Virus record (IMG/VR): IMGVR_UViG_3300020442_000005
Span: 209,026-273,025 of that record
Length of the DNA stretch: 64,000 bases
Direction: 5' to 3' (one strand)
Shown: piece by piece, positions 1 through 9,492 of the stretch
How positions within the stretch are numbered: position 1 is the stretch's first letter
How the letters are laid out: every line of letters starts with the position of its first letter
The notes under the pieces: generated by a model
What the model saw: the letters and a program-made list of their open reading frames with translations, nothing else
The model's database searches: none
What the model was told of the DNA's origin: nothing
Translations under genes and position numbers: made by a program

Positions 1-123
1 AAGAGATCCAGAATCTAGAACAGCTTTTAGAACGTGATGACTTATTAGATTATGAGAAAAAGGTTTATGAAATGGCATTGCAGATTAAAGAAGAAGAACT
101 ACAAAATTTTTTAGGTATTCCAG

Positions 124-351
124 ATGATAGAAAAAATACGAATGATAAATTATCTGAAACGTAGATACGACGAGTACTCGCCAAAGAGATTAGGATCTGC
201 AATGGAGTCAATCATAAATAGACTTCTAGAAAGCGGCCACTATGAAAAAGAATTTTTATTGGACGTGATTGAAGATTTAAGTCAGCGAAAATGGACGAAA
301 GCTAAGATAGTAGCCTATCTAGACATTCTTGATGTTGAGGAGAGAACATGA
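124..351 (+). CDS. hypothetical protein
   Basis: ORF in a tightly overlapping + strand run; start may be the later ATG (MINYLK). Confidence 0.6.
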   Translation: MIEKIRMINYLKRRYDEYSPKRLGSAMESIINRLLESGHYEKEFLLDVIEDLSQRKWTKAKIVAYLDILDVEERT

Positions 352-650
352 AAAAAAACGGCAAGCATGAGGCTCAAGTAATTGATATAACTGAACATAT
401 CAAGAAAAGAAAGCTTCAAAACGCAATAAAGCAAGAGCAGCTCAATGATACGGAAAGCGATTTGAGCGAACTCATTGAATTAATGGAACTGGGTACCGAC
501 GATATAGCCGGAACACTAGTCGCGCGACACATATACAATGTTGACTTGTTGCCTGGAATATCAACTCAAGACTTAATGAAAGAACTTAAAATTAGAGTAG
601 TACATCACACAACTCTTTTAGAAGATCTTGAGGATAAACTTAATGATTGA
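348..650 (+). CDS. hypothetical protein
   Basis: ATGA overlap with upstream gene, GAGGAG SD. Confidence 0.7.
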   Translation: MKKNGKHEAQVIDITEHIKKRKLQNAIKQEQLNDTESDLSELIELMELGTDDIAGTLVARHIYNVDLLPGISTQDLMKELKIRVVHHTTLLEDLEDKLND

Positions 651-945
651 CCACATTGCAATCCAAGTTGAGTCTATCGAAGATTCTGTAAAATGGTATT
701 GTGATAGATTCGGCGGTGAAATATTATACTCGGACGAAACTTGGGCAATGATAGATATGGGAAACGTAAAATTGGCATTAACGATTCCATCGCAACACCC
801 GCCACACATTGCAATAAAAATTAAATCGATCGATGATTTTCCCAAAAACAAAAAAATAAAGACCCACCGTGACGGGTCTTTGTTTGTTTATCAATCTGAC
901 GATTGTGGTAATGTTATTGAATATATCTACTATCCAGAATCTTAA
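643..945 (+). CDS. VOC/glyoxalase family protein
   Basis: MIDHIAIQV...WY..FGG...HIAIK...D.CGNVIE pattern typical of VOC fold; GAGG SD before ATG 643. Confidence 0.75.
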   Translation: MIDHIAIQVESIEDSVKWYCDRFGGEILYSDETWAMIDMGNVKLALTIPSQHPPHIAIKIKSIDDFPKNKKIKTHRDGSLFVYQSDDCGNVIEYIYYPES

Positions 946-1547
946 CCTTCGACTTCTGCAGCTGAGTCAACAACGCTTTCAGGTACTTGTTCACCCTCTT
1001 TGTCTCCACCCGGAAGATACTTGAGAATCATATCGATGCCTGGTACAACACTTAAAACTTCGCTCCAGGATAGATTGCAAAGAGAATCAGCAACTTTTTC
1101 AGCCATTTCCTCCGCCGGCTCCCCAAAAATAGTTTGCAGCTTTTGCGAAAACTCTCCATCTTTATCTAATCCCAACGTTTTTGGAATGTCCTGCACGATC
1201 AAACCTATTAGAGTTGAAGAAAACTTCTGTAGGGTTTCTTTGCAGCCACCTTTACCCATTACGATATTGGCAATATCTTTGATACCCGATTTCTCAAAGA
1301 ACTTTGTGATTGCAGTGGCACCGATTCCTTTAGGTTCAATTTTAAGCATGTCAACGACTGCTTTACCAACTGCCTTTTTAACTCCACCAAAAGCTCCATC
1401 AGCCAAATCTGTAAAGAAATCAAATATTCCTTCGTTGAGTGACCGGATTCTTTGAGTTTCTCTGTATTCCAGCAAGATTGAATGTCTTACGTATGATCTT
1501 ATTTGAGATTCAATAATAAGATCTCGTCTACTTTGCGTGTAGTACAT
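942..1547 (-). CDS. putative virion protein with leader-like motif (QIRSYVRHSILLE)
   Basis: GGAG SD; motif similar to the array leader, repeated LxE sites. Confidence 0.65.
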   Translation of the reverse strand: MYYTQSRRDLIIESQIRSYVRHSILLEYRETQRIRSLNEGIFDFFTDLADGAFGGVKKAVGKAVVDMLKIEPKGIGATAITKFFEKSGIKDIANIVMGKGGCKETLQKFSSTLIGLIVQDIPKTLGLDKDGEFSQKLQTIFGEPAEEMAEKVADSLCNLSWSEVLSVVPGIDMILKYLPGGDKEGEQVPESVVDSAAEVEG

Positions 1548-1603
1548 TGTTTATACTCCTCATTTATACTTGTATAATTATATGGCTAATGAGCAAAATG
1601 TAA

Positions 1604-2335
1604 TTATTTTTTCTTTGATGACTTCTTCTTCTTGCCACCTTTCTTTTTCTTAACTACAGCCCATGATTTTGATGGAGTAGCAGAATTAACTCTTGCATGT
1701 GCCCATTGGTGTTGTGACATCCCTTTTCGCGAACCGCTGCTCGCCCAAGCTGCAAGTCCTTTTTCGAACTCTCTATATACGGAGCTACGGGTTAAACCAC
1801 GTTTGTCTGCTTTTTTATCGAGTGATTTTTTTGTTTTGGCTGAAAGTTTTTCCAACAAAATTTTGCGAACTAATGCACGTGCATAAGCCTCGTTCTTTCG
1901 TTCCTTCTTTTCCATTTTTTCTCTCCTGTTGTATGCTCTCTGTTCCAGTTCTTTGGCCTTTCCGGTTTTGCCTTGTTTCCGAAGTTTTTTGGCTTTTTTT
2001 AAATCTTCTTGGGTTTTATCTAGTTGTTTGTCCCTTTTTGATCCTTCGGGGGCACCATATTGTTTTAAGTGTCCTGACGAATCCTTTGCAGCCTCTGTAA
2101 GTTCGTCGATTTCTTCAAGCAATTCGTCTAGTGTTTCGTCAACTTCTCGTGGCCCGCCTTCAATAGCAGCGCGCTGTCCGGATGCGCCTTTTTTTGACGT
2201 GTGGCAACCGGCTTTTACATAGCCTTGACTGTCTTTCTTTTTCTTTGTCGGACTTTTAGGTTTATACTTGAGGACGTATTTTCCTTTTTTACCATCCGAT
2301 CTAGTACAATTCTGTTTAACTGTTTTATATGGCAT
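1604..2335 (-). CDS. highly basic putative virion/DNA-binding protein, modular
   Basis: Lys-rich; internal leader ARALVRKILLE followed by a module with AWASSGSRKG...QWAHARVNS. Confidence 0.7.
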   Translation of the reverse strand: MPYKTVKQNCTRSDGKKGKYVLKYKPKSPTKKKKDSQGYVKAGCHTSKKGASGQRAAIEGGPREVDETLDELLEEIDELTEAAKDSSGHLKQYGAPEGSKRDKQLDKTQEDLKKAKKLRKQGKTGKAKELEQRAYNRREKMEKKERKNEAYARALVRKILLEKLSAKTKKSLDKKADKRGLTRSSVYREFEKGLAAWASSGSRKGMSQHQWAHARVNSATPSKSWAVVKKKKGGKKKKSSKKK

Positions 2336-2352
2336 TATTAACTCCTGAGATC

Positions 2353-2751
2353 CTATCGCACGCCGTGCATTGATCTTAAGGCTTCTATGTTTGGAATCTT
2401 TTGTGCTGCATTTGGTCTCACGATAGACAAAAGAACGGCCTCTAATTGAACGCGTTCTTTTTCTTCCGGGTTGAACATTCTGAAAGTCGGAGACATAAGT
2501 GGAGCGGAAGCTAGGTATTGTGGATCTATGCTTCGTATGAAATCTTGGAGATTTAATCCTTCAAATTCACCATTGTATCCACTAAAGGCAACCCTTGCCT
2601 TTTCGTAGAAATCTGGATATTTACTTTGGATATCAGCCCATTCTTGAAATTTGCCAAACCCGCCCATTGGTCGGTTGCCTCTTCGGCCGTAGCTAGAATT
2701 AAACGTCTCTAAAATAATTCTTCTAATTTGGGTTCTTGTTAATTTCATCAT
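2353..2751 (-). CDS. putative virion protein with MKLTRTQIRRIILE leader
   Basis: leader motif; overlaps stop of upstream gene. Confidence 0.7.
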   Translation of the reverse strand: MMKLTRTQIRRIILETFNSSYGRRGNRPMGGFGKFQEWADIQSKYPDFYEKARVAFSGYNGEFEGLNLQDFIRSIDPQYLASAPLMSPTFRMFNPEEKERVQLEAVLLSIVRPNAAQKIPNIEALRSMHGVR

Positions 2752-3635
2752 GAACTCCACGTCTCTGGCCGAGGACCACCTCTGTAAAATCCTATTCTCA
2801 TCTGATCAACAACATTGAAGGCTTTAGTGAATCCTTTCACCGCATCTCTCTCGTCTTGAGAATTTTTAATTAGATGATCCATCATAGAATACTTTTCAAT
2901 ATCTCTCATTACGCCTTCTCTACTGGGATTTTGTCCAGCAAAACCCATGCCAGGAACTCGATTGGTCTCGGCAACTCTTCGGAAGAACGTATAGTATCCA
3001 ACTTTGTAGGCTTGGCTTCTGTTGTATCGATCCATCGTTTTAAATCTAGGAGATCCAAACATGTCATCGTAATCAAGAATATCCTGCCATGCAATGTCGA
3101 GAGCAATTGAAAGCTCTGTTGGTCGACCATTATTGTGATATGCCGACATCAGATCTGGCTGGTAGTGTTTTTGTCGAGCCTCACCTATTATGCCTTCTTC
3201 GATTATTCGCTCACCCCGAGGCATATCCTCATCGAATCCTTGTGGACCAGGGTCTGTTTTACGGTATTCGTCAACAAGATATTCGTATGCGCCTTCTTCG
3301 AATTCTCTTTCATAGGGCGCAAAAGCATATTCATCTACGGGATGGTCATCACCATAAAACTTCATGAAGTTGTACCCCATTATGTACGCAAACTCATAAC
3401 CATCCGAATCTGCATTTAAATGTCCACCCTTGTTAAGCCAATCCATTATCTGGCCTATTAAACCTGCATGATCGATTTTATAAGCATCTGCCAGACTAAT
3501 GGCTTGCAGATGATCACTTTTTCTGCCGGTGTAGTATTGATACAATTTCTTAAGTTGATGATCTGGTATGACGTACAGCTGTTGCTCAATTGATTCTCTA
3601 ATGATCTGCCTAAGTTGTCTTTTTGTGATTTTCAT
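2748..3635 (-). CDS. putative virion protein with MKITKRQLRQIIRE leader
   Basis: start placed at 3635 (leader motif, directly after stop of 3637 gene); internal IIEE/IIGE sites. Confidence 0.7.
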   Translation of the reverse strand: MKITKRQLRQIIRESIEQQLYVIPDHQLKKLYQYYTGRKSDHLQAISLADAYKIDHAGLIGQIMDWLNKGGHLNADSDGYEFAYIMGYNFMKFYGDDHPVDEYAFAPYEREFEEGAYEYLVDEYRKTDPGPQGFDEDMPRGERIIEEGIIGEARQKHYQPDLMSAYHNNGRPTELSIALDIAWQDILDYDDMFGSPRFKTMDRYNRSQAYKVGYYTFFRRVAETNRVPGMGFAGQNPSREGVMRDIEKYSMMDHLIKNSQDERDAVKGFTKAFNVVDQMRIGFYRGGPRPETWSS

Positions 3636-3636
3636 A

Positions 3637-4074
3637 TTACCATAAATCCTTGCAAGCCCAGTGTCTAGCTGAAAGTTTATTATTCTTAGTTGATTGTAAA
3701 TCACACTTGTGTCTGGCTCTGAAGCTTTTTCGTCTTTTGGGATCTTTGTGCTGACTAAAATGCTGCATACCTCGATGTCCGTAATGGATGATTTTTTCTT
3801 TCCCATCTTGACATGCTTTTACGGTTTTCTTTTTCTTACTTCCGGCAGCAGCCCTACGCGGTTTATTACATTTCATTTTGTCTTTATCAAGTTTCTTCTT
3901 TTTTGCTTCGTCGACATCAGCTTCCCGAAGATCTGTCTCGTTTTTTGGAACGCAGTTTGGCACAAGTCGGTTTCCTTTTTTCTTCATTCCAACTTGCTTG
4001 TGGCTCTTCCAACAGGCTTCAAGAATTACTGTTCTGATTGCTCTTCGCAGCTTCATTTCATTTCTATAATTCAT
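3637..4074 (-). CDS. basic Cys-containing phage protein with leader (MKLRRAIRTVILE)
   Basis: modules CWKSHKQVGMKKKG..VPNCVP and RRKSFRARHKC...ARHWACK.LW recur in aquatic virus proteins (recalled, not searched). Confidence 0.7.
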   Translation of the reverse strand: MNYRNEMKLRRAIRTVILEACWKSHKQVGMKKKGNRLVPNCVPKNETDLREADVDEAKKKKLDKDKMKCNKPRRAAAGSKKKKTVKACQDGKEKIIHYGHRGMQHFSQHKDPKRRKSFRARHKCDLQSTKNNKLSARHWACKDLW

Positions 4075-4177
4075 GTGTAAAATTCCAAAAAATCATCTAT
4101 AATAATGTGTGTGTATTATATAGTCTAATTATATTCTATATACGGAATCTTCATAATTATTTACAAAGGAGTCAACT

Positions 4178-5116
4178 ATGTCCGGTTCAATTAATCTTGG
4201 TTACGCATGTATCAACATGTATTTGTCAGAAACAGAAAAAAATACACCAGCTCGAACGTGTCGCAAAGCAACGTTTCTGGAAAAAGGTTTGCCTCATGTC
4301 GGTATGTTGTTCGAACAAAACATTTGCAATCTCATTGCGATTCTCAAGTGGAATTACCGCAATGGTTTCACTTTGTACCGTATGTCATCAGATATGGCTC
4401 CATGGTGTTCAGAATACAACCTAGAAGACCTTCCAAACTGGGAAACATGTAAAGACTTACTCGCCAAAGCCGGCGCGTACGCTCGCGAAACTGGACAACG
4501 TTTGTCATTCCATCCCGGGGCATTTACCGTTCTAGCAGGTAAAAATCCAGCAACACTAAAGAAATCACTCCATGAGCTTGAAATCCATGGCAAAATTATG
4601 GATACGATGGGATTACCACGTTCCCGATATGCAAAAATCAACATTCATCTTGGTGGTGCATATGGCGACAAAGACGCAGCAATTGCTCGGTTTATTGAGA
4701 ACTACAAAAAGCTATCACCAGCGGTTACTACACGTCTGACGCTAGAAAACGATGATCGACCCAATCTGTATACAACGCGTGATCTTGTTGAAAAAGTTTT
4801 TCCACACACAGGCATCCCAGTCGTGTTTGACTATCATCATCACTTATGCCATCCTGGTGACGACACAGCCGAGCAGGCTCTTGATCTTGCAGTTTCTACG
4901 TGGGGCGACGTGAAACCAGTTACCCATTATTCTGAGACTGCGCAAAAGGACAAGCCCAAAGCTGTCTTCCGTGCGCACAGCATCATGGTCGAAGGCTATA
5001 TCAATACGTACGGCCATGACATCGATTGTGTAATCGAAGCTAAAGGTAAAGAGCGCGCTGTGCAAGGTTATCTAGCTCTATACGGCAAGGAAAACACGTG
5101 TCCTGAGGTTGCGTAA
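4178..5116 (+). CDS. uvsE: UV DNA damage endonuclease UvsE/UVDE
   Basis: LGYACIN, YRMSSD, RLSFHPG, INIHLGG.YGDK, LTLENDD, VFDYHHH, HYSE, IEAK.KE motifs. Confidence 0.93.
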   Translation: MSGSINLGYACINMYLSETEKNTPARTCRKATFLEKGLPHVGMLFEQNICNLIAILKWNYRNGFTLYRMSSDMAPWCSEYNLEDLPNWETCKDLLAKAGAYARETGQRLSFHPGAFTVLAGKNPATLKKSLHELEIHGKIMDTMGLPRSRYAKINIHLGGAYGDKDAAIARFIENYKKLSPAVTTRLTLENDDRPNLYTTRDLVEKVFPHTGIPVVFDYHHHLCHPGDDTAEQALDLAVSTWGDVKPVTHYSETAQKDKPKAVFRAHSIMVEGYINTYGHDIDCVIEAKGKERAVQGYLALYGKENTCPEVA

Positions 5117-5487
5117 TGCCGGCCAAAAAAGTTAAAAAACCGATAAAAAACAACAATCTAGATTTTATTGCAACCTATTTGTTTGAGTATCCCGGTTCGT
5201 CTGCAACCGATGTTCGCCGAGCGCTTTGGATATATCGTAATAGAAAATGGTCAGACATCGATCAGAAAGGTTTTTCGGAAAGAACAACATACGTATCGTA
5301 TTTCCACATTTCGAAAGGACAATCCCACCGCGGTTATGCTGGAAAATTTTGGGTGAAGCGGAATAGAAACAGTTGGATACTCACTGCTGATGGATTGTAT
5401 CGCGTAAGGCAGAAATTAATTAAACGTGTACATTCAATTAATAGAAAAATTGTTAAGCAAAAAATGTGTAGGCGTGGCGCAAACTAG
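5116..5487 (+). CDS. hypothetical protein (paralog of 57902-58198), possibly winged-helix
   Basis: NNLDFIATYL...SYF...Y.GK.WVK...LT..G shared with 57902 gene. Confidence 0.65.
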   Translation: MPAKKVKKPIKNNNLDFIATYLFEYPGSSATDVRRALWIYRNRKWSDIDQKGFSERTTYVSYFHISKGQSHRGYAGKFWVKRNRNSWILTADGLYRVRQKLIKRVHSINRKIVKQKMCRRGAN

Positions 5488-5518
5488 ATAAATTATATAT
5501 GTAAGGAGAAACCTTGCA
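5465..5518 (+). promoter_or_regulatory. conserved early promoter plus 5' hairpin (copy 1)
   Basis: TGTGTA-N18-TAAATTATATATGTAAGGAGAAACCTTGCA, near-identical at 37168 and 55568. Confidence 0.8.
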
Positions 5519-5537
5519 GGTACATTATGGAGTAAAT

Positions 5538-5834
5538 ATGCCGAAGAAAGTCCCAGCCCGCGCGAAAACAATCGCTTTCGCAAACCCAGAAGTCGATGCA
5601 AAAATCACTAAATTAATAAATGAAAAACGATGGCCTCTCAGTCGTTTTGACATCAGAGATCTTGCCAAACAAATCCAACGTGTTCTTGAGCCTGTGTATG
5701 TCGGACCAACAAAAGGAGTCTACTTGAAAGGAGACGCTATCAGCCGACTCACTGCAAAGGAAGACGCAGCTGCGTTAGCCGCTTTGGTTGGACGCACACA
5801 CAAAAGACTTCAACCTCATCTCTACAACAAGTAA
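5538..5834 (+). CDS. hypothetical protein, tandem paralog A
   Basis: GGAG SD; shares YVGP...RL.AKEDA...PHLYNK with next gene. Confidence 0.75.
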   Translation: MPKKVPARAKTIAFANPEVDAKITKLINEKRWPLSRFDIRDLAKQIQRVLEPVYVGPTKGVYLKGDAISRLTAKEDAAALAALVGRTHKRLQPHLYNK

Positions 5835-5847
5835 CAAGGGAGACATC

Positions 5848-6135
5848 ATGCCTAATATGAATCGCGCAAAGACAGCAGCTTGCACCATTCCTGAGCTCAA
5901 AGCTGAGCTTGAGAGACACATGAATTTTCATAGACCTATCTATCAAGGTGATGTCATAGCCTTAGCAAAAGAGATTCGAGATAGTATCGTAGATATCTAT
6001 GTTGGCCCGGGTCCTCACACCGTCTTGGAATGGAAACACCGGAACAGACTCGCTGCTAAAGAAGATGCAAGGGCTCTTGCAAATGCAATCGCAGCACACC
6101 ATCGCAAAGTCAAACCACATCTCTACAACAAGTAA
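5848..6135 (+). CDS. hypothetical protein, tandem paralog B
   Basis: GGAG SD; YVGP...RLAAKEDA...PHLYNK. Confidence 0.75.
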   Translation: MPNMNRAKTAACTIPELKAELERHMNFHRPIYQGDVIALAKEIRDSIVDIYVGPGPHTVLEWKHRNRLAAKEDARALANAIAAHHRKVKPHLYNK

Positions 6136-6154
6136 GCCAAAACCTGGAGGCAAT

Positions 6155-6376
6155 ATGACAGAACAACCTAGATTCAATCCTGGCGATCGCGTCGCTGTCG
6201 AAATCACCCAAAATCCAGACGTTAAGCATGGCGACGGTGGCATTGTGGTCAACGTCCGGCAAAGCACCTACGGCGGTGGCTGGTATTATGACGTTATTCT
6301 TGATACCGGCATCAAGCTCGGTAACTATCATGAGGGAATCTTTATCAAAGAAGACAATAATCAAAACCGGAGATAA
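6155..6376 (+). CDS. small SH3/KOW-like phage protein
   Basis: GGAGG SD; FNPGDRV...G.VV...YDV pattern. Confidence 0.65.
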   Translation: MTEQPRFNPGDRVAVEITQNPDVKHGDGGIVVNVRQSTYGGGWYYDVILDTGIKLGNYHEGIFIKEDNNQNRR

Positions 6377-6377
6377 T

Positions 6378-7142
6378 ATGGCTAAAAGAAAATCAGCTCA
6401 GAAAAGATTCGACGAAATGAAGTCTCTGATAGAATCATATTCTACGGTTGAAAGAGAATTCTTTTCCTGGGATATAAAATTTATGAACGCAATGATGGAA
6501 AGAATATGGCTTGGTCAAGCGTTGTCTAAAAAGATGCGTGCCAAAATTGATGAACTAGTCGATATCGGAAAAAAAGAACTACCATTGAAGACGCCTAGAA
6601 TCGTCGAGCTGGAAAATGCAGTTCCATTTCACAACGAAAGAGAACAACAGATATTGAGAAGTTTTATTACCACTCTATATAAAAGATGGAAGCTGAGTGA
6701 AAAACAATCAAAACTTGCAGATGATCTAGTTGAGCAGGCCGGCCGACCTCCTTGGATCCCATCGGCAGAAGAGGAAGCAGACATCGATATTATTTGCACC
6801 ATTGCCGTAACTTATGACGCGATGTGGTATGGAAATAATCCATCAGCAAAACGTGTACTCGATAAGCTGCAAGATTACAAGATTCAAGGTGCCAGAATTA
6901 CATATCAGGACTACGAGTTCGCAAAGAAGAAATTCGCAGGTGGATTTAGAAAGATGAAAACACCTAGGTTTCAGAGTGGAGACAAGGCCTTCACTTCGGT
7001 TGATTGCGCCTGGAATGAACCAAAAAGATTTTGTCTTGTACTTGAAGGACCGTATGTAAAAGGCCGGCATATAGTTTATGATGTAATGCTTGACGGTACA
7101 ATTACAACAATTACCAATGATCAATTATACAAAAGGAGATAA
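6378..7142 (+). CDS. hypothetical protein
   Basis: GGAG SD before ATG 6378; repeated LS(K/E)K helical motif, C-terminal SH3-like part. Confidence 0.7.
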   Translation: MAKRKSAQKRFDEMKSLIESYSTVEREFFSWDIKFMNAMMERIWLGQALSKKMRAKIDELVDIGKKELPLKTPRIVELENAVPFHNEREQQILRSFITTLYKRWKLSEKQSKLADDLVEQAGRPPWIPSAEEEADIDIICTIAVTYDAMWYGNNPSAKRVLDKLQDYKIQGARITYQDYEFAKKKFAGGFRKMKTPRFQSGDKAFTSVDCAWNEPKRFCLVLEGPYVKGRHIVYDVMLDGTITTITNDQLYKRR

Positions 7143-7145
7143 CAA

Positions 7146-7397
7146 ATGTCAGCAACACAACAAGAAATCAACGATACAGTAGAGCATTTCAAGATTTTGA
7201 GAGCTGGAATGCGCCAATCGGTAGAAGTACAATTCATGCATATGGCAAAAGGCGGAGACGGCTCAGCCGCATTAGAAGGTGCAATCCGGAAGGAGTATTA
7301 CCCTACATGGACAACCGCAGACTTTCAAAAAGTGTGTGATATGATGGGCTGGGATTATAACAATGCAAGAATCCAATCACCGGAGACATCACCATGA
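7146..7397 (+). CDS. hypothetical protein
   Basis: AGGAG SD, operon context. Confidence 0.7.
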   Translation: MSATQQEINDTVEHFKILRAGMRQSVEVQFMHMAKGGDGSAALEGAIRKEYYPTWTTADFQKVCDMMGWDYNNARIQSPETSP

Positions 7398-8227
7398 AAG
7401 AAGAAACAGAACGCAAAAAATACAGGGAATTAAGTATTGCCGAGATAACAAAATTTATAAAGTTGATGAGCAAGAAAAAATTTAAGTATGAAGATTACGT
7501 AAAATCAGAAGAGGACTGGTGGGATTTGACAAATTTCGTAGCCCAGTTTGGCAACAACAACTCTCCTAGAACCATGTGGCTCAAGTTGGCGGACAAGAAC
7601 GAGGCCACCCGGGAATGGCTGGGCGAATATTCTTGTGGAGACTCTGGTTTAGAAAGCGCGATCGCTGATATCTTCTTTTCTAGCGAGGGTGGCCAATCCT
7701 CATATAGGAACTATTGGCCTCAAGGCCGTCGGCAGTCTTTTACTTATAAGTACAATAGAATTATTAGTGCGATTCAACATTTCCATCGTATGGAGCTTCG
7801 AAACCCTGATCGTGATCATGGGTACATGTATGGAAGCCGAACATGTTTTCGAAAGTCGTTTGACATTACGTCATTGTGGGTTTCTCAACATCGACACTAC
7901 GGGAGTATAGATAACGGCTACTTAGGTGTAGCAGACGCAAAAGACATAGAAGAAGCGTTAATGCAGTTTAAAATGTTTGTATACCCATTAATTGGGCTCA
8001 CTGAAGATAATCCGGATATTACACGCGTTGAAACCAGCTGGAAATGTTATGTTTCTCAAGAACAAAAGCTAGATGCATATATTGTTTTGAATGGAGAGTT
8101 AATTAAGAAACGTACGGAACACAACGATTCACACGATCAGGCACTTCATGATATACAAAAACGAATCGATTTCAATAACCGCATAATTGAAACTGCCCGG
8201 GGAAACCTATTGGCGAACATGGCATAG
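7394..8227 (+). CDS. hypothetical protein
   Basis: 277 aa ORF, ATGA overlap. Confidence 0.75.
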   Translation: MKEETERKKYRELSIAEITKFIKLMSKKKFKYEDYVKSEEDWWDLTNFVAQFGNNNSPRTMWLKLADKNEATREWLGEYSCGDSGLESAIADIFFSSEGGQSSYRNYWPQGRRQSFTYKYNRIISAIQHFHRMELRNPDRDHGYMYGSRTCFRKSFDITSLWVSQHRHYGSIDNGYLGVADAKDIEEALMQFKMFVYPLIGLTEDNPDITRVETSWKCYVSQEQKLDAYIVLNGELIKKRTEHNDSHDQALHDIQKRIDFNNRIIETARGNLLANMA

Positions 8228-8229
8228 GT

Positions 8230-8457
8230 TTGACAATGATTAAAGTTGGTGATAGAGTGTTTTACTATGAAGACAATTGCAAATGTACGGGTTTTGGACT
8301 AGTAATCGATGAGGTGCAAGAGAGTGAAAAATACAAAATCACAAAGAGCCATATCAAAAAAAACAATTTAAATGTCCAGATTTTTTTGATACTTAAGGAT
8401 AACGGGCAGCTCGAAGAATTTGTTGAAGTAGATTTAAAAAAGGTTGTGGACTTTTAG
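8230..8457 (+). CDS. small SH3/KOW-like protein (IKVGDRV)
   Basis: N-terminal KVGD.V motif. Confidence 0.6.
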   Translation: MTMIKVGDRVFYYEDNCKCTGFGLVIDEVQESEKYKITKSHIKKNNLNVQIFLILKDNGQLEEFVEVDLKKVVDF

Positions 8458-8459
8458 AC

Positions 8460-8666
8460 ATGTCAAAAATGGTAAAGATATCTCAAGATTACGTAAAGCA
8501 ACGGCAGCTGCCATCAGATATAGGGCTGGTTATCAGAGGTCCGTATGAACATGTTATGAAACTGACGCAGAATCTTGAAAGCTGCGAAGTGATGTATGAT
8601 GTTTTAATTGACGGAAATATAGTTAATCTCATTCCAGTGGTTTACTGTCAAAAATTAAAGCGGTAA
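8460..8666 (+). CDS. small SH3-like protein
   Basis: GLVIRGPYE...YDVLIDG similar to C-terminus of 6378 gene. Confidence 0.6.
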   Translation: MSKMVKISQDYVKQRQLPSDIGLVIRGPYEHVMKLTQNLESCEVMYDVLIDGNIVNLIPVVYCQKLKR

Positions 8667-8678
8667 AATAGTCTCTAA

Positions 8679-8990
8679 ATGGAGATTATTTTGAGCCAAC
8701 ATTTATATATCATTCAATCAGATAAAACGGGATCCTTAAAAATTGGAAGAAGCAAAGATCCAGAAAAAAGATTAAAACAGCTTCAGACGGGATCCCCATA
8801 TTCTTTGCGTTTAATATTGATTATCGAGAATAGCGGCCACATGGAAAAACAGCTGCACAATCACCTGAAGCGATATAAAGAAAGACGTCGTGGTGAATGG
8901 TTTGATTTTGAATGTGCAGGATCATTGCCCGACTGGATATGTGAAATGATAAACTGGGATGAAGCAAATGTCTGGTGGAACAAAAATTAA
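8679..8990 (+). CDS. GIY-YIG nuclease (T5orf172/MUG113-like)
   Basis: LYIIQ...KIGRS.DP.KRL.QLQTG.P...E..LH...GEWF. Confidence 0.88.
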   Translation: MEIILSQHLYIIQSDKTGSLKIGRSKDPEKRLKQLQTGSPYSLRLILIIENSGHMEKQLHNHLKRYKERRRGEWFDFECAGSLPDWICEMINWDEANVWWNKN

Positions 8991-9354
8991 TTATTATATG
9001 ATCTTTGGTGTTAAGCCTGATGCAGATCAATCTGAGATAAAGAGTCGCTATAAAAAACTGGCAATGCAGTTCCACCCAGACATGGCCACTGGTGACGAAG
9101 AGTATTTTAAACTAGTAACCCAAGCCTACTCAATCCTCAGCGATCCGTATAAACGTGCGGTATACAACATAGATCTATTTTCTGGTTCACTTTCTCATAT
9201 TGAAAACACCAAATCTTTATGCCCAGTGTGCAACGGGAATGGATCTTATGTTTCGAAAGTTAAATATGGAAGGTACAAAGTGGATTCAAAAATAGTTTGT
9301 ACAACATGCAGAGGGACTGGTATTATAGTAAGTGAAAATCCTATTGGAGAATAA
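8968..9354 (+). CDS. mini DnaJ: J domain plus CxxCxGxG zinc-finger repeats
   Basis: NYY...HPD J-domain; CPVCNGNG and CTTCRGTG. Confidence 0.85.
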   Translation: MSGGTKINYYMIFGVKPDADQSEIKSRYKKLAMQFHPDMATGDEEYFKLVTQAYSILSDPYKRAVYNIDLFSGSLSHIENTKSLCPVCNGNGSYVSKVKYGRYKVDSKIVCTTCRGTGIIVSENPIGE

Positions 9355-9492
9355 ATGTATTATGTTAGGAGCGTCGTTAGATTTATAAGTCAACGGCTAT
9401 GTAAACCAAAAACAATAAACAAAGAATTAGATCCGGAGTACTGTGATGCCTGTGAATGCACGCCCTGTGATTGCGGATTTGGGAGTTATTAA
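9355..9492 (+). CDS. small Cys-rich protein (45 aa, not in ORF track)
   Basis: GGAG SD; ends CDACECTPCDCGFGSY; TAATG coupling to metK. Confidence 0.55.
   Translation: MYYVRSVVRFISQRLCKPKTINKELDPEYCDACECTPCDCGFGSY

Noticed and set aside
8679-8990. GIY-YIG genes as homing endonucleases or mobile introns
   Set aside because: Both (also 21448-21702) are short single-domain proteins without a DNA-binding extension and do not interrupt a gene.
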